Below are positions 48,702 to 64,000 of a stretch of DNA of 64,000 bases, in pieces. Position numbers and translations under genes: made by a program. Below the pieces are notes generated by a model, which saw nothing but the letters and a program-made list of their open reading frames with translations, made no database searches and had not been told where the DNA came from. Source of the DNA: the human T2T-CHM13v2.0 reference genome, Homo sapiens. Positions within the stretch are counted from its first letter, which is position 1, and every line of letters begins with the position of its first letter. Location: assembly GCF_009914755.1 (NCBI RefSeq), contig NC_060942.1; one strand, given 5' to 3'.

Positions 48702-48977
48702 TGTATATATATATATACAGTGTATATATATATACACAGTATATATATATACTGTATATATATATACAGTATATATATATACACAGTATATATATATACT
48801 GTATATATATATACAGTATATATATACAGTGTATATATATATATACACTGTGTATATATATATACAGTGTATATATATATATACACTGTGTATATATATA
48901 TACAGTGTATATATATATATACACAGTGTATATATATATATATATATATATATAGTGTGTATATATATATATATATA
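48665..48977. repeat. (TA)n-based compound VNTR interrupted by CAGTG/CACTG
   Basis: Read directly; about 310 bp. Confidence 0.97.
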
Positions 48978-50532
48978 ATTGGAATATATGTATCATTGGA
49001 AATCTCCAAATAGAGGTGTCTTCATCATTTTCCTTTTGTTAAAATAACACTTTCACATTTTATTTTGTATTTTATAATCTGAGTTGTTATTTGTAAAACA
49101 AACCGGTGAAGTATTATGTAGGTCATTCATTCTACCAACATTAAATTCAAGCATTCAAAGAATAAAAATAATTTTCTTCATCATCTCTGTTTTTCAAGAA
49201 AATGTTTTATCTGAGTCAGAATAGCTTAGATCTCATTCTTAATTCCTCACGTCAGTGTTTACAGACAGCAACTTGCTGTGTTTCTTCTAAGCACTTCAGA
49301 AATAACAAATCTATTTCTTCATCCCCCTCACTATGTCAGGTATTATCCCAATTTTAAAAATTAGGTAAGACAGAGAAATAACTAAGTAAATAGGAAAAGC
49401 CCAAGCTATTTTGTTAAATTTTTTCAAAGTTAAATGTTACTTTAACACCATCAGATAAATATTGTAATAAACAGTAAAGACTTGACTCATTAGTATAAAG
49501 AAAGGAGCCTGGTATCAAATCAAAATCTGATCAGAACTTGCAGATAGAGCACTCTATTGCAGGAAAATCCCTCTTTCTATAGGGAAAAACAAGGTATTTT
49601 AGCAAAATTAAATATCTTCAATTCACCAACAAAATAATATAATCCAGCTACATAGGACACAGCCTAAAGTTTCTGATTAAATACAAGTGATAGATTCAGT
49701 ACAAGTGCCAGAGTTTAATCATAGAGGTATTTATTATTTGTTCTGTGAGCTGGATTCATAGCCAACTTGGAGGAAAGAGACAGAAAAGCAAATGCTGTAT
49801 CTGGGCATTTTCCTTTATTAAACAATTGATTTGTGTGTTTTTCCTTTTAATTCTATCAGATGCATAATTATTTAGGATTGTTATGTCTTGTTGATGAATA
49901 CTTTATCATTTATGAACTATCCCTTTTCACTAGTGATACTATTGTTTACTCTGAAATCTATTTTGATGTTAGTGCATCCACTCCAGACTATACATTTTTG
50001 GCTTTTGTTAGCATTATACATATCATGCTATAATGGGTACATATATTCATTATTTTACTTTAAAACTATGTGTGTTTTTATAATTACAGTGGGTTTTTTG
50101 TTGGCAGCACACACTTGGAGTTTTCATCATATCCAATCTGTCAATCTCTGACTTTTAATCAAAGTGTTTAGACCATTTACATTTAATGTGAATATAGATC
50201 TGGTTTAGTTTATAACTGCTATCCTGCTATTCATGTTTTATGTATTTCATCTGTTGTCCCACCTTTGTATATGTGTATGTGTGTGTGAATTTTTTTCTAA
50301 GTTTCTGCATTTTTATTTAATATTTTTAATCATTCATCTTACACTCTTTCTGGACTCATTAGCTATAACTGTTTTGCTTCTTCAGTGGTTGCTTTAAAAT
50401 TTATATTATATATCTTGACCTTACCATTATTGACCTTAAGTAAATACTATACCACTTAATAATACATGGTTGTTATTACATTTAAAGTGGGGTGGTTTGA
50501 AAGAGTTTTATTAGAGTGGAGAAAATAATATG

Positions 50533-50756
50533 TGAGTTCGAGACTGGCCTGACCAACATGGAGAAATCTCGTTTCTACTAAAAATACAAAATTAGCCAGA
50601 TGTGGTGACACATGCCTGTAATCTCAGCTACTCAGGAGGCTGAGGCAGGAATCACTTGAACCCAGAGGCAGAGGTTGCAGTAAGCCGAGATCACGCCATT
50701 GCACTCCAGCATGGGCAACAAGAGTGAAACTCCACTTGAGAGGAAAAAAAAAAAAA
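50533..50756 (+). mobile_element. AluS (Sp-like), 5'-truncated
   Basis: gagttcgagac...cctgaccaacatggagaaa...gggcaacaagagtgaaac. Confidence 0.92.
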
Positions 50757-51237
50757 GGTATTTGATAAAATATAGGAGCCAATTCTATTTTTTTTAAAAA
50801 ACTATAAAACCCACCAACGTTATATTCAACAAGAAAATGCTAAAGCTATTTCATTAAAACCTGAGCTAAGACAAAAATAGATAAATAAACAAATATCCTT
50901 TAAAGGTTAAAAAAATAACGTATTGTCTAACTACACAGTTAGCAATTTTGGTGCTCTTCAGTCCTTCTTGTTATTTTAGATATTTAACTGGTGTCATTTT
51001 TTTTTACATCTTGAAGGACTTCTTTAATGTTAAATATTTCTTGTAACATCATTGTGCTGGTGATTAATTTTCCATCTTTGTTATGTGTGAAAAAGTTTTA
51101 AGTTTGCTATTAAAACTTATTTTCACTGGTCATAGAATTCTAGGTTGATAAATTATTTTCTTTCTGTATTTTTAAGGATGTTCCACCATTATTTCATATA
51201 TTACCTTGTTTCCAACAAAACTATTGCACTTGTTCTT

Positions 51238-53690
<2,453 letters not shown>

Positions 53691-55912
53691 CACTCAGTCT
53701 CTCCTCTACCTTCTTGAATATATAGAATACAGTCATAATAACACTTTCATTGTTCATGTCTACAAATTATTTTATCTGTCTCATTTCCAGGTCTGTTTCT
53801 ATTTATTATGTTTTTTTCTTCATTATGAGTTGTATTTTCTGGTTTTTATGTTTTTATTTTGTTGGGTGCTAGAGATGTTCGTGTTTTTAAAATATTCTTG
53901 CATTTTGTTCTAACATGCAGTTATGTTACTTTGAAATACATCAACACCTTTTAGGTTTGCTTTTAGTCTATTAGATGTTACTAGAGTACTGGGGATAGTT
54001 TGTGCCACTACTGAGACAATACCACCTGAGTACCCAAATTTCTATGAGTTACATGGTTGTCCATCTGGCCGGATGGAGTCCTGACTCAGCACCAAAGATG
54101 TTTAACTTTGTTACTATTGAATGGTTTTGTCCTCAGCCTTGGGAAGTGTCCTCATACACATGCACTGATAAGTACTCAGATGATGACTTAAGAGGGACAA
54201 AATATCTGTAGACCTCCAGAGCTCTCCTGAGAATTTCTGTTCTCTGTGGTATTCTTCCCCATCAAACTCTTGCTGCTTTAAGTCACATCAGACTTTCAAC
54301 TTTGTGTCTTCAATTTAGGGAAACTGCTAGGCTGGGCTCCTTCTGAGTTGCTCTTTTCTCTTTTGCAGCCTGGAAACTTTCCATATAATCAGATAAAGAA
54401 ATCAAAGTGCTCACTTTATTTTTCTTCTCTTAGAAGTCGCTGAAGTGATCTTCTTCATATCCAAAGTCTGAAAATTACTGTTTTACATATTTTGTCTGTT
54501 TGCTTTTTAAGTTGATCCAGGCAAGCGGGATACATCCACTCCCTATTAATCCATTTTGACCAGAAGTTGGAGTTCTTTAATAAGTGATTAAACAATCATT
54601 TTATGATTTCAGTATGCCAAAACTTTTAGCTTTTTAAAGGTACCAAAAATGCCAAACTGCATTATATCTATTTCCTGATTTCTGCCACAAATCTCATCAA
54701 GAATGAATCCTAACTGTCATATTGTATTTTTAGAGGGTAAATTTAACCTGAGTGCTTTTAGAAATAGGTCTTTTATCCTGTGGAGAAATGAACCTTTATA
54801 ACTCCCAGAGTGCATTCTAAGTTCAGTGAATTCAATGTAAATTACAATGTTAACTTCAGCATCTCCCCCCATCAAAAAATCCCTTCATGCATGGAATACA
54901 GAAGTTTTAAGTTTATGAAATGCAAACATTTAAAATTGGAAAAATCAATGCACTTTAGCCGACTCAAGAATAGCTGACATACATGAATAAAAAATGAATA
55001 AGTACCATGTAGAGAACATTTATTATTTTGAAACAAAGTGCATCATAAGTATTGGTTAACAAAATTCTGCTTTGTATTTTTTGAAGCAGTTTAAGAAGAA
55101 TTATGTAGAATGATGTTTGACCTAAAATTTAGAAAGCCTGATCACAAAGACCTCACTGAAAGAAGTCATTTAATGGTAAATGAAATTAGAAAGGAGGGTA
55201 GATTTATTCCCTGCTTTTTCCCAAAGTATCTTACTGAGAGCATTTATGTACAGTGCAGCAATAGTGAACACGGACTTCAGCTGCATTTCAGACTGCGGGA
55301 TCAGAATAGTTCATTGAAAATTCATATTGTGTGCTGTATAAGCCATTCTAGAAGGAAATTCATTTACCTTGATATTATTTTATAATTTCACGATTCACAC
55401 AGAGAATCCCTGCTTATTCTTAAGCTAATAACAGTAATTTCTGAGAATATAATTTTATTCCTAGAGTTTTAATGTGTGGGCTCTAAAATGGAGTTTTATC
55501 TCAAATTTGATTGTAAATGCTTCTTATTTATGTTGTTTATTATTTCTGTGTGCCAATAGTTTGTCCAATTACTATATTCTAAATGTGAGTAGAATATGGA
55601 ATCTAATGAATCCAAAGAAAAATATATCTTGTTTTTTTAGCTTTCATAAATGCTTTGAAATTCAGTTTAGTGTGTTTCGGTGCTTTTATTTTATAAATGT
55701 AGATGAATTCAGTATAATATAATGCATTATTATCTGAGTTACAGTTTTCTTTTCAAATGTTCTTGATCATTTAGTTGACATTAATCAAAACACTAAATGA
55801 GTAAATTTTCCATATGGCAGGCAGTTGTTTACTTACAAAAAAAATTTCTTGTAATAGATAGTAGGCTTAAAGACCAAATGATTTATTATTTCTTACCAAA
55901 ATTATTTTATAA

Positions 55913-56288
<376 letters not shown>

Positions 56289-58371
56289 ATAAGACATATT
56301 ATCTAACATATTCTAGGCTACCAAAGACCTATGTAATAAATATAAGATTATTTCATGAAAAGAATAAGTGTGGTCACATAGTTTCTATAAGACCAGTGAT
56401 TGCATTAGTAGTTTGAAAGTTTACTTTGGTATGAGGTTGTTAGAAGATTTTTCCTAGAAATGTTGGGTGGAGAATTTTGACTTAAAGATAAAGTAAGATT
56501 CATCCTCATGGGACGATATGTTATGTACTGTGTATAAGACTGCAGAGTCAAGGAAAAGCAAAAGAGGCTCAAGGTTCAGTGAACAAACTAATTGAACCAT
56601 GAATGCAAGTTCATATAAGAGAGTTGCAGGAGTTATAAATAGAGAGATAACTTGAGTGCAGGTTTTGGAGGTTCAAAAATTGTGACCCATGATATTCTTG
56701 GATTTTTCTCTTACCAAATTATTCCAAGAGTCCATGCTGTATATTTAACAGCCATTTTGCTGCAGTACTGAATCACAAATACTGGGGACTTGCGTGCAAG
56801 TCATTAATTAAGCTAGTTAGACTTACCTGTCACCTACCCTTTATTATCTTTCTTATGCTTTTTTGTTTGTTTTAGCCTTCTCTTCTCATTTTTCACATAT
56901 CTATTTTTATGAGAAAAAAATATTCTCCACTGTTAAAACTCCTGGTAAAACAAGAATCCAGAGTTAAAAGAGAAGCTGCAGCTACATTGTAGTTGTATTT
57001 GAATAGACTAAGCCTTTCTAAGATGCAGTTTATTAATAGGAGATATTAGTTACTCATTATTTTCTGAAAAAATGTGAATAATTATTGTTAAATGCCTCTT
57101 CCCCTCTTCACAATGTCTGCTCTAAAGAATGAGCCATGAAAAGGAAAGATGATTAATCTGTTATTATTTAATTAATCCTAGTTAGCCCTAGGAAGTTCTG
57201 CCCTACCTCTTGGTCTCTTTCTTTAAATCCAGAATTCCTCAAGGAGAAGCCCCTTCTAGTTTTATAATGACATCCAGAGCCTAATTTCTGATGCTCTTAC
57301 TTTGGAGAACCCTGACTCAGTACCCATTTCAGTGACCCCTGACTTATCCATCTTCGAGGCTTGTATCCCATCTTCTTCTGCATAATATCATTTCCTGTAT
57401 CTGTGTGGCTCAGAATGATATGAATCCTGTTCCCTTCTTAGGACTAGTCATGTCCGGGCATTTAAATTGTTTTGAGGGTGCTGGGAGAAGAGCAAGATTT
57501 GGGCCAGATAGTTAAGATTTATATATAATTAATATTTATATAGTTCATAATTTAAAGAAATTAACCTTTAAAAGTGGCAAATCACTTTATAAGATAGTTT
57601 CTGTAAGAATTTTTTGTTTATTAGGTATTGTGTGTTTGTGTGTTTTAATCAGTACTTTGTTAGACAAATGTGGAAAATAAGATACTGTATATCTTATATA
57701 TACTAGTCATGTGACTGGTACAGATATATTTGGCAAGTTAAAGACAGCAATAGAATAGAGTTGATTACTTCTAGCAATGTCTATTCTGAAACATTATCAG
57801 TTAATCAGATAGATTATTCATATGTGAGTTATTTACATATTTTATTTAGTTAGCATAATCATTTGAGAGAGGTGAGTGGGTATATACAGCCCAATTCTTA
57901 GAAAAGTCTTTTAATCATACTTAGAAATATTATATGTTGTCTCAAATTTTGTTCATTCAATAGGAATGACATTTCCCTAAACTAGGCATTTACTGTCTCA
58001 TTGAAATGAGAAAAAAAAGTGGCCATACAGTTCATAAATAGCATGCTATAAATCATTTAAAAAATAGAAGCTTGTATGTCTAAAGCTCCATTGTAAATTA
58101 ACTTGTATAAATGAGAAGTGCAAACAGAACTACAATAAAGCAGGCCTTTACACCCTTACACGTCATTATGTCATTTGTCATGTCTTTCATTAGGACAGGT
58201 TAAATCTTTGTGCCGATAGCATAGAATATTACTGAAAAGTCATAGTGTTATGACATAAGGGATCATTTTCTTCTACAAGCATTTAGGGGAAAGTCAACAT
58301 AGCCTCCTTCATAATTAGCAGAGAAGTGACATTTTAGAAATTTTTTATTTCTGAGATGCTTCTTTAAAAGG

Positions 58372-58795
58372 TGTACTGGTTTGAAGGGGAGCCTCTAAGA
58401 CGGTATGTGCATGTTCTAACCTCCAGAACCTGTGACTGTGACCTTAGATGGAAAAGGGGTCTTAGCAGATGTCAATAAGTTAAGGAAGTCTAGATGAGAT
58501 CATCCTTATTAATCAGGTGGGCCCTAAATCCCATGATGTGTCCATATAAGAGGCACATGGTGGAGAGATACAAGAGGAGAAGGTCATGTGAACACAGACA
58601 CAGAGATGGGAATGATACAGTGACAAGGAATTAGGATCCAGAAAAGGCAAAAAAGGATCCTCTCATAGGCCTTCAGGGACCGTGCGGCCCTGCTGACACC
58701 TCAGTTTTGGACGTTTGGACTTCAGAACTGTGAAGAAACGATTTTTGTTGTTTAAGTTTGTGTATTTGTTATGGCAGCTCTAGAAAATCAATACA
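58372..58795 (+). mobile_element. MLT1 LTR
   Basis: 'ccagaacctgtgactgtgacctta...ggaaaagggg' and the end 'tttgttatggcagctctagaaaatcaataca'. Confidence 0.88.
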
Positions 58796-60374
58796 AAACC
58801 GTAGTTGTTGGACTTTCCCCCCCAATCTCCTAAACATTGTTTTTTAATTTCTGAACCAGCATTTCCTACTTAATAAAGCAGCATAACTAACAAATATATT
58901 TTTAATGAAAACTTGAGAAATAATTTAACACAACACTATTGGAGAAAGAAAGCATTAGAGTGACAGGGAATGATCACATTAGAAGACTCTAGGCAGTGAA
59001 GTTGGATGAATAAGATGGTTTTACCTTTTTAGTCAAAGGGAATATTACCTCAGCTATCCGAAAGAACTGTGTCAGTCAATTCTTGGCCAGTCAAACACAT
59101 CTCTTATGTTAGTGTACAGCAGATACAAATTAGAAACAATACCAATTTCAAATTCATCCTATCTACCTTTTTTGTAATGTGGCAAGGTTTTTGCTTTCCA
59201 GAAAGAAGCAGAAAATAAATGTGAATGGAATACAATGAATACTGCATAATTTTTTCTTGTTAAGAGAAAAGCATATTTACAGCAAAGAAATTATGTATTT
59301 TTTTTAAATGTAGAGCCTGGAATTTTAAACACAAGAGTAAAAGTAGATGATTTTTCTTTATGATAATCTAGTTCGCAAGGCTTGCACAACAATCATTTCT
59401 GAGCAGACATTAGGGAATTCTATAAAAGTATTGGACAAAACAGTACTTATGGAAAGCTTGAAGAAATGGGGCAGAAAGGTGATTATTTTCTTTTATATTT
59501 GGCCCTCTTCTTATCATTATCTTTTTCTAATATGTTACTTCATGATGGTAATGATACAATAATAATTAAATTCTCAACTGTTACTTTCTATTTTCTCAAG
59601 TCTCTTACATTATTGCCATACCATCTTTTATTATTTGAACTTGCAGTAAAACTTTGGGGACGATTATTTTGATCACAACTGTAGGACTTGTGCCTCTGTT
59701 GAATCACATACAGAAATCAAAAGCATGGATAAATATTTTGTCAAATAAAATTTATTTAAAGAATATTTGGTAATGAGTGACAAATGTTTGCAACTCTGGG
59801 TAATAATAGAGTTATGTGTCCATTTTTTCTTTTGGTACATTTTTTACTTATCTGAATGGGAGCCGGAAGTGCTTTAAAGTTTCAGAATGCAAGTGCATGC
59901 ATTGCAGTGATTTTTCTGTTGTTGGTCAAGTTACTTAAACGCTGTGTCCTGCTTTCCTCCATCTGTCGAAGGAACATAATGGCCACTCATGGCCTTCACA
60001 AGAAAAAGTGTAGGAAGAGAAAACAGATCTTGTCAGTGTGGGGTGGAGGATGAAGTTATTTTTAAAGCAAGTATCTTGTACCTTCAGGAAGCAAAATCTG
60101 GCTTAAGGTATTTTTTTTTCTTCTTTTCTGAATAGGCTATCATCATCAACATTTTAAACTGCTTTTTAATGTGAAGACTATACTTTTGTTTTCTGTGAGT
60201 TATATTTTATTATTAGACATTGAGGAGAAAACAAGAAGGGACCCTTCCACCGCCTTACAAATAGTGTTCACTAAAAGAAGTAGATATTATTACTTACGCT
60301 GCTGTATTATCTACACCTAGGAAACACACTTAATACATGCATTATGAACAATGGAAGGCTTGCATGGCCCATAA

Positions 60375-60640
60375 TAATGGTAATGAATAACACTTATTGA
60401 ACATTTACTCTGTGCCAACTCTATGTATTGTCTATGCTCTGTCTCCTTTGCTCCTCACAATGTACCTAAAAGGAGGGTGTTCTGATTGACGCCATCTTAC
60501 AATGCATTAACACCAATTACTTCAAGTTAAACTGAGGCTTAGAAGGTTTAAGGGACTTGTACCAAATCCCTTAGCTAGTTAAGTGATAGAACCAGGACTC
60601 AAACAGCCTGACTCAAAAGCATTCCTTACCCACTGCGCTG
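60375..60640. mobile_element. MIR remnant
   Basis: 'aaactgaggcttagaaggtttaagggacttgtaccaa...gctagttaagtgatagaaccaggactcaaac'. Confidence 0.8.
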
Positions 60641-62488
60641 TGTTACATTAGGTGACGTACCTTTCACATGCTCTCTCTTGAAAGGCAAATACAGCTTTGA
60701 AAAATATCTAGCAAGTGGAGCCAATTCTGCTGAAATTCTATAGCAATTTTCTCCTGTCTGTCATTTCTTCACTGGCATTTAGCATCTGAAAAATTCTTCA
60801 GAGATTTTCTTTTCTCTAAAATTACAGAAGTTTAAAATTAAAGCAAGCACAATATTAACTAGTTTCCAAAAATGAAAGTTCTAACCAGCTTTTTGAAAGT
60901 TTGTGATAAAAGATAATATATTCTTACAGTCATACTCAGAAGAATAAAGGTATGCAAGGGACAGAGTGGTCAGTGAATGTGCTCGTGTGGGAGCTGCGTT
61001 CTTTTATAACTCTCCATTCTCTCCCGTGGCCCTCTCTCTTCCTCACCGGCATAGACATTTACACACACATATGGTCGCTTTGAACTTCTCCCACAGGCTT
61101 CTTTGTCCACTGCCATTTCTATATGTTTTCTTCCCAGATAAATTCCCTACCTCAGCTCTCCAGAGTCTCCCATAGTATTGACAGAATGTGTACGATTTGT
61201 TTTAGGTTTTTCAAATATATTGAATTGAGTAGTAGTGACTTGTACCACAACTTTTAAGTAGAATGATTTAGTCTCTCTGAAAACAAGTTGCCTCCTTTCC
61301 AAGTATGAGTCTTCAGTGTTTTGCCTGGCTTCACTGAGAGTCAGTGAGCAGACTAAGGTTTGAATATTACTATCCATGAGATACATACCAGAGGTGCAAA
61401 AATCATAATAAATGTTCAAGATCATTAACGTTATAATAACAACAAAATAGATTTACTTGGATAAGTCTGTTAAGTTAATTAGAGTTATTGGAGCATTAAT
61501 GTGTTTGGAGTTTAATGCCATAAATCAGCAATTCAATCAATATGTATCAAGTGCCAAAGAGGAAATCACTATTGCCAATTATGGTTGAATAGAAAGAGCC
61601 GTACACTTGGAATAAAAATTGTAACCTAGTATCTGGTCCTTCTTTTTATTATCTGGGAGATCATTGACACATAATAGACTCTCTCCAGTCCTCAATTTCC
61701 ACACCGTCAAATTAGGGATGGAAATAAGATTTCTTGAGGTTGTTACAAAGATTAAATAGGTAAAGTATATAAAAGAACTTAATATTTCTATTTTTTTTTC
61801 TTTTTTCATAATTAGCAGGAAATTGCCCCTGTTTTTTTCAGGGAAACATAGCTGCAAAGTCAACTGGGAAATGTAGTCTAATTCTACCATAACATTGGCC
61901 CAGCAAATTTTTATGGATTTTCTCATGAGAAAGAAATGAAGTATGATCAGAGAGAGAACACTGTGAGTTTCTGGCACTATATTCACCATAGTACAAAATG
62001 CAAAATGACTCACAGAATTCAAAAATTACAACCTTCATCGACCATTAAGTGGAAACTTAATGAAAATAAAAATAAATGGGTAAATGGGGATGGTGACTCG
62101 GGGGAAAAATAATTTTATATCTGTTCCAATTGACTCCTACCTTCTCTTTTTCATACATGTATAAATGAAGTCATAACATCTCTATTTTCCAGATTCTTAT
62201 TTATCCCCTGGCTTTCCACATACATTATTTCATAAACTTGAAATTTATGAACATTAGACATCATCTTGGGGCTTGTAAAGGTGTCCTAACCATCCCACAA
62301 ATGTACATGTGCACATGTGCACACATGCACACATACATACACAGATACGTAACATGGAAAGCAAAATGGCTTTCTATAGATCCTTACCACGATGTTTTCC
62401 ACATTGATGGAAATTTTTTCCTATGTTAAATATTCAGCAAACTATCTCTGAATTCTATCTTTAAGGATTTGAAAAAAAGCAGCAAACT

Positions 62489-62931
62489 GCGCCCATTAAC
62501 TTGTCATTTACATTAGGTATATCTCCTAATACTATCCCTCCCCCCTCCTCCCACCCCACAACAGGCCCCGGTGTGCGATGTCCCCCTTCCTGTGTCTAAG
62601 TGTTTTCATTGTTCAATTCCCACCTATGAGTGAGAACGTGAGATGTTTGGTTTTTTGTCCTTGCAATAGTTTACTGAGAATGATGGTTTCCAGCCTCATC
62701 CATGTCCCTACGAAGGACATGAACTATTCCTTTTTTATGGCTGCATAGTATTCCATGGTGCATATGTGCCACATTTTCTTAATCCAGTCTATCATTGTCG
62801 GACATTTGGGTTGGTTCCAAGTCTTTGCTATTGTGCACAGGTACCCTAGAACTTAAAGTACAGTAATATATATATATATAAAAGAAAAGTAAAAGCATTT
62901 TATGATTTCATCCCACTGAAAAAAAGAAAAA
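62489..62931 (+). mobile_element. Short L1PA insertion with a 5' inversion and probable 3' transduction
   Basis: Inverted L1 at 62489-62835, sense L1 3' end at 62831-62860, tail, unique segment, then a second A tract. TSD gaaaaaa(a)gcagcaaact at 62471-62488 and 62932-62948. Confidence 0.9.
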
Positions 62932-63517
62932 GAAAAAAGCAGCAAACTTTTTATTTTCTGAGTGAGCATAAATACTTAAACCCATAGATGGGAGCCCAGT
63001 TAGTTCATTACCAAATTTAATGGTTTTGAAGATATCTGTCCAAAAATTGTTATAGCTGTTGGGTAAAGGAAGAGACGAGGAATGTGTGAGTGTCTAGCAT
63101 TGAGCACTGTTAAAACATCCATTAATCACATGTTAATCCTCCAATTTCTAGTCATAAGCAAAAATGCAGCACACTAGAAATGAGCCTTCTTATTAGAATT
63201 ATTAATTTGAGAATCAGTCAACTACATACTTCTGTGACATCAAAAAGGCTGAGAGAACAGTGGGTGATTGCTCAGGAAATTTATGAGACCAACATGAATA
63301 TCTTTCACATTCCACAAAAGAAATACAACAAATCCTTTGCTGACAAAGCTCTAGTCATTACAGATTTTATGTTCTCGTTTACAGAGGAAGAGCTTCTCAA
63401 GCCGGTGGTTTGTTTTATCACAGGAATGTTCTTGCAGGAGATTCACTTACAACAAAAACTTCAAGTAGATTTGGGTTGAATCCTTATTCTACCAGCTATA
63501 AGCTGTTTGCTCTTTGA

Positions 63518-63818
<301 letters not shown>

Positions 63819-63864
63819 CTTAATATGTTAATATCATTTTTTTACCTTTAAATTTCATCGTTTA

Positions 63865-64000
63865 GCTAGTCATTTTTTCATTCAGTGAATAAATCATTTT
63901 AAGTTCTTACTATATGCCAGAAAGAATGGTAGGCACTAAGAATATTATAAAATAAAATAAAGAAATGGCCCATGACTTCATTGTGAATAAGGACACTCAT
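63865..64000 (-). mobile_element. L2 3'-end remnant
   Basis: 'tcattcagtgaataaatcattttaagttcttactatatgccag...taggcactaag'. Confidence 0.6.

Noticed and set aside
48614-49013. YIYI-rich ORFs here and at 5112-5388 and 7175-7402
   Set aside because: They are translations of stop-free (TA)n microsatellites, not genes.
54597-54611. 15-mer cattttatgatttca identical to 62896-62910 in the putative transduction
   Set aside because: The match is very AT-rich, does not extend on either side, and a similar word occurs at 34621. Chance is plausible, so I keep it only as an alternative explanation.

Overview
This is primate genomic DNA, human or a very close ape. It covers an internal 64-kb part of the DCC (netrin-1 receptor) gene on the + strand. 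Three coding exons have canonical AG/GT boundaries: 2940-3081 (142 nt), 19423-19533 (111 nt) and 37090-37284 (195 nt). They splice in frame to [16 protein letters not shown]...[11 protein letters not shown]...[16 protein letters not shown]...YYSIERL, which is most of fibronectin type III repeat 3 and the first part of repeat 4. From memory these are exons 13-15. Everything else is intron filled with Alu, L1, L2, MIR, MaLR/ERV LTR and MER58 remnants plus microsatellites. I found no RNA genes, CRISPR arrays or new protein-coding genes, and nearly all ORFs in the track are repeat artefacts. The best sequence-level observations are: two twin-primed (5'-inverted) L1 insertions, one with a probable short 3' transduction; a 19-nt templated insertion copied from 880 bp away in the same L1; a fold-back scar in another L1; a full-length THE1 with a target-site duplication (TSD) and a DUX4-type site; and a 34-bp duplication that doubles an Alu DR2 element. 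The more speculative ideas are a sense THE1 LTR acting as promoter or poly(A) site next to exon 13, a cryptic terminal exon, and a stop-free exon 14-15 circular RNA. Repeat subfamily names are by eye, not from RepeatMasker.
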